Of a stretch of DNA of 64,000 bases, positions 62,501 to 64,000 are shown piece after piece. The notes beneath the pieces are model-generated. The model saw nothing but the letters and a program-made list of their open reading frames with translations. It ran no database searches and was not told the origin of the DNA. Within the stretch, counting starts at the first letter, position 1, and every line of letters starts with the position of its first letter. This DNA comes from Podarcis filfolensis (taxonomy: Eukaryota): assembly GCA_964270895.1 (NCBI GenBank), contig OZ185440.1, one strand, 5' to 3'. The translations under genes were made by a program, and so were the position numbers.

Positions 62501-64000
62501 TGCTATAAGAATAAAAACAACTGTCTATGTACTTTTGCTGAAGAACGTTCTCTAGATTACCATTCTGTTTGAGTGACATCTAGCAGATGTTTCAAAAGTA
62601 TTTCTGGAGTTCTGATAATCTTCTACTACTTCTATTATTAGGAAACATGTAAAACAAAATTCTAAGTCTTACAGCATGGCCAATTGTGAATTCCAGTTTT
62701 TTCCCTATTTTTTCTTTAAAGTGTTTAGTCCTCATGATTGCTGAGAACAGATGGAATATATGAAGGCAATGCTTGGCTAAAAACTCACTAACTTAAAGAA
62801 GCATTTGGAATGGACAGTGGTAAGGAAATGGGAGACCATGTTCCCCCCACGTTTCTCATTCCTTCAGGCTGCAAGCCTATATCCACGTACCTGGAAGCAA
62901 GACCTATGGTACAAAATGGGAATTACTTCTGACACATATAAGCAACCCTATACTTGTAGAGCATTGCACCTTTAGCTCCTAAATATTGTCCCTGATATCT
63001 GCTGTCCTTGCACATGCATTTATTGCCTTCTATGACTCATACTTTAAAAAAAAATCCATTCTGCAAAAACATTTCCCCCGTCAGAATAATTTATGCAAAT
63101 AATAGACTTATCTGCAATCTTCGTAATTTTGGGTAGTCTATTTTGAGTGCAACATTCGGATTCACTTGCAGGGTGGCACAGGAGTGGTTGACTTGTTATA
63201 TACGGCATGCGTAGTTCAGGATCATTTTATATCAGTGGTACCCAGGGCAAAGATCTACACTGGGAATGGGGGGGGTGATAAAGATTGACTTTGAGGTCTG
63301 CTACCCCTGTGGATCCTGCGGCCAGATGTGTTCACCTCACCAGGCCTCATGTGTGGGCTGACCCTGATGTCACCCAACCCCCAACTCTGGATGACCTTTT
63401 CCAGCTGTTTCCTGTAGATGCTAAATAGCATGGGAGAAGCATGAAACCATGAGAGACCCTGAAGGTCAATGGACCAAACCACAGAGTCCAGCGCCACCTT
63501 CCAAGAAAGCCCTACATGGTTAGGGCTCATCTGCCCATACATTAATAAAATGTTAGTGCCTACATTATTGCCTTTTTCAGGATAGTCCACTAGTGGGCCT
63601 AATGGTAACTTTTCAAACAAGATAGTGCCATCTCCTGGCCAAATGTGATTATTCACACTTAGGAATAAATGTAAGAGCGAGCCTTTGGGTTGCATTCAAC
63701 TTATACTCACGGTACACCTATTGAAATTAACAACCGCAGCTAACTTAGGTCCATTCATTTCAGTGGGACTACTCTGAGTAAAAGTTAGTTGACTGCAGCC
63801 CTTTGAGAATATTTAAATTATAGCAGTTTAAACAAATCAAAAACGTTTATTTTTTAAAATATAAATTTATTAAAGATTTTATTGGTTTACAAAAGTATGG
63901 GCATTGCCTGAGGGATCTAAAATTTAATGCTTTTATTTAAATGCCTTTATGTGTAAATTAACTTCTTAAAGCAACACCTGGCAAATAGATATCATGGATG

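Noticed and set aside
46244-64000. GNG12 exons expected from synteny
   Set aside because: No G-protein gamma subunit sequence found; the gene probably lies beyond the window.
1-64000. CRISPR arrays, operons or other prokaryotic systems; most short ORFs in the track
   Set aside because: Eukaryotic intron-exon DNA; the repeats are microsatellites and TEs, and ORFs of 60-130 aa are expected by chance.

Overview
Vertebrate genomic DNA, most likely a lacertid lizard (inferred from the repeat content: Sauria SINE, tRNA/CR1-tail SINEs, Bov-B, squamate hAT and Tc1/mariner MITEs). Two host genes lie on the + strand. (1) WLS (Wntless/GPR177) coding exons 2-12 at 725-24232, all with consistent splice phases (1520 nt of CDS in the window; exon 1 is upstream of the window). 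Intron 8 is a GT-AG U12-type (minor spliceosome) intron. (2) A DIRAS small GTPase with a single coding exon (45647-46243, 198 aa) under a CpG-island promoter (about 41.1-42.3 kb). By synteny with WLS and diagnostic residues it is the DIRAS3/ARHI orthologue, but it keeps a DIRAS1/2-like sequence. The remainder is intronic or intergenic DNA rich in transposons. Most notable observations: a complete 2.07-kb, TSD-flanked, poly(A)-tailed L1-type non-autonomous element carrying an intact, unrecognised 201-aa ORF; two different LTR-like elements that each open an acidic-then-basic ORF at nucleotide +5; and a possible alternative-acceptor switch that would give DIRAS3 either a uORF or a 49-aa N-terminal extension. 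All coordinates were read by eye and no database searches were run; comparisons with human proteins and repeat families are from memory.
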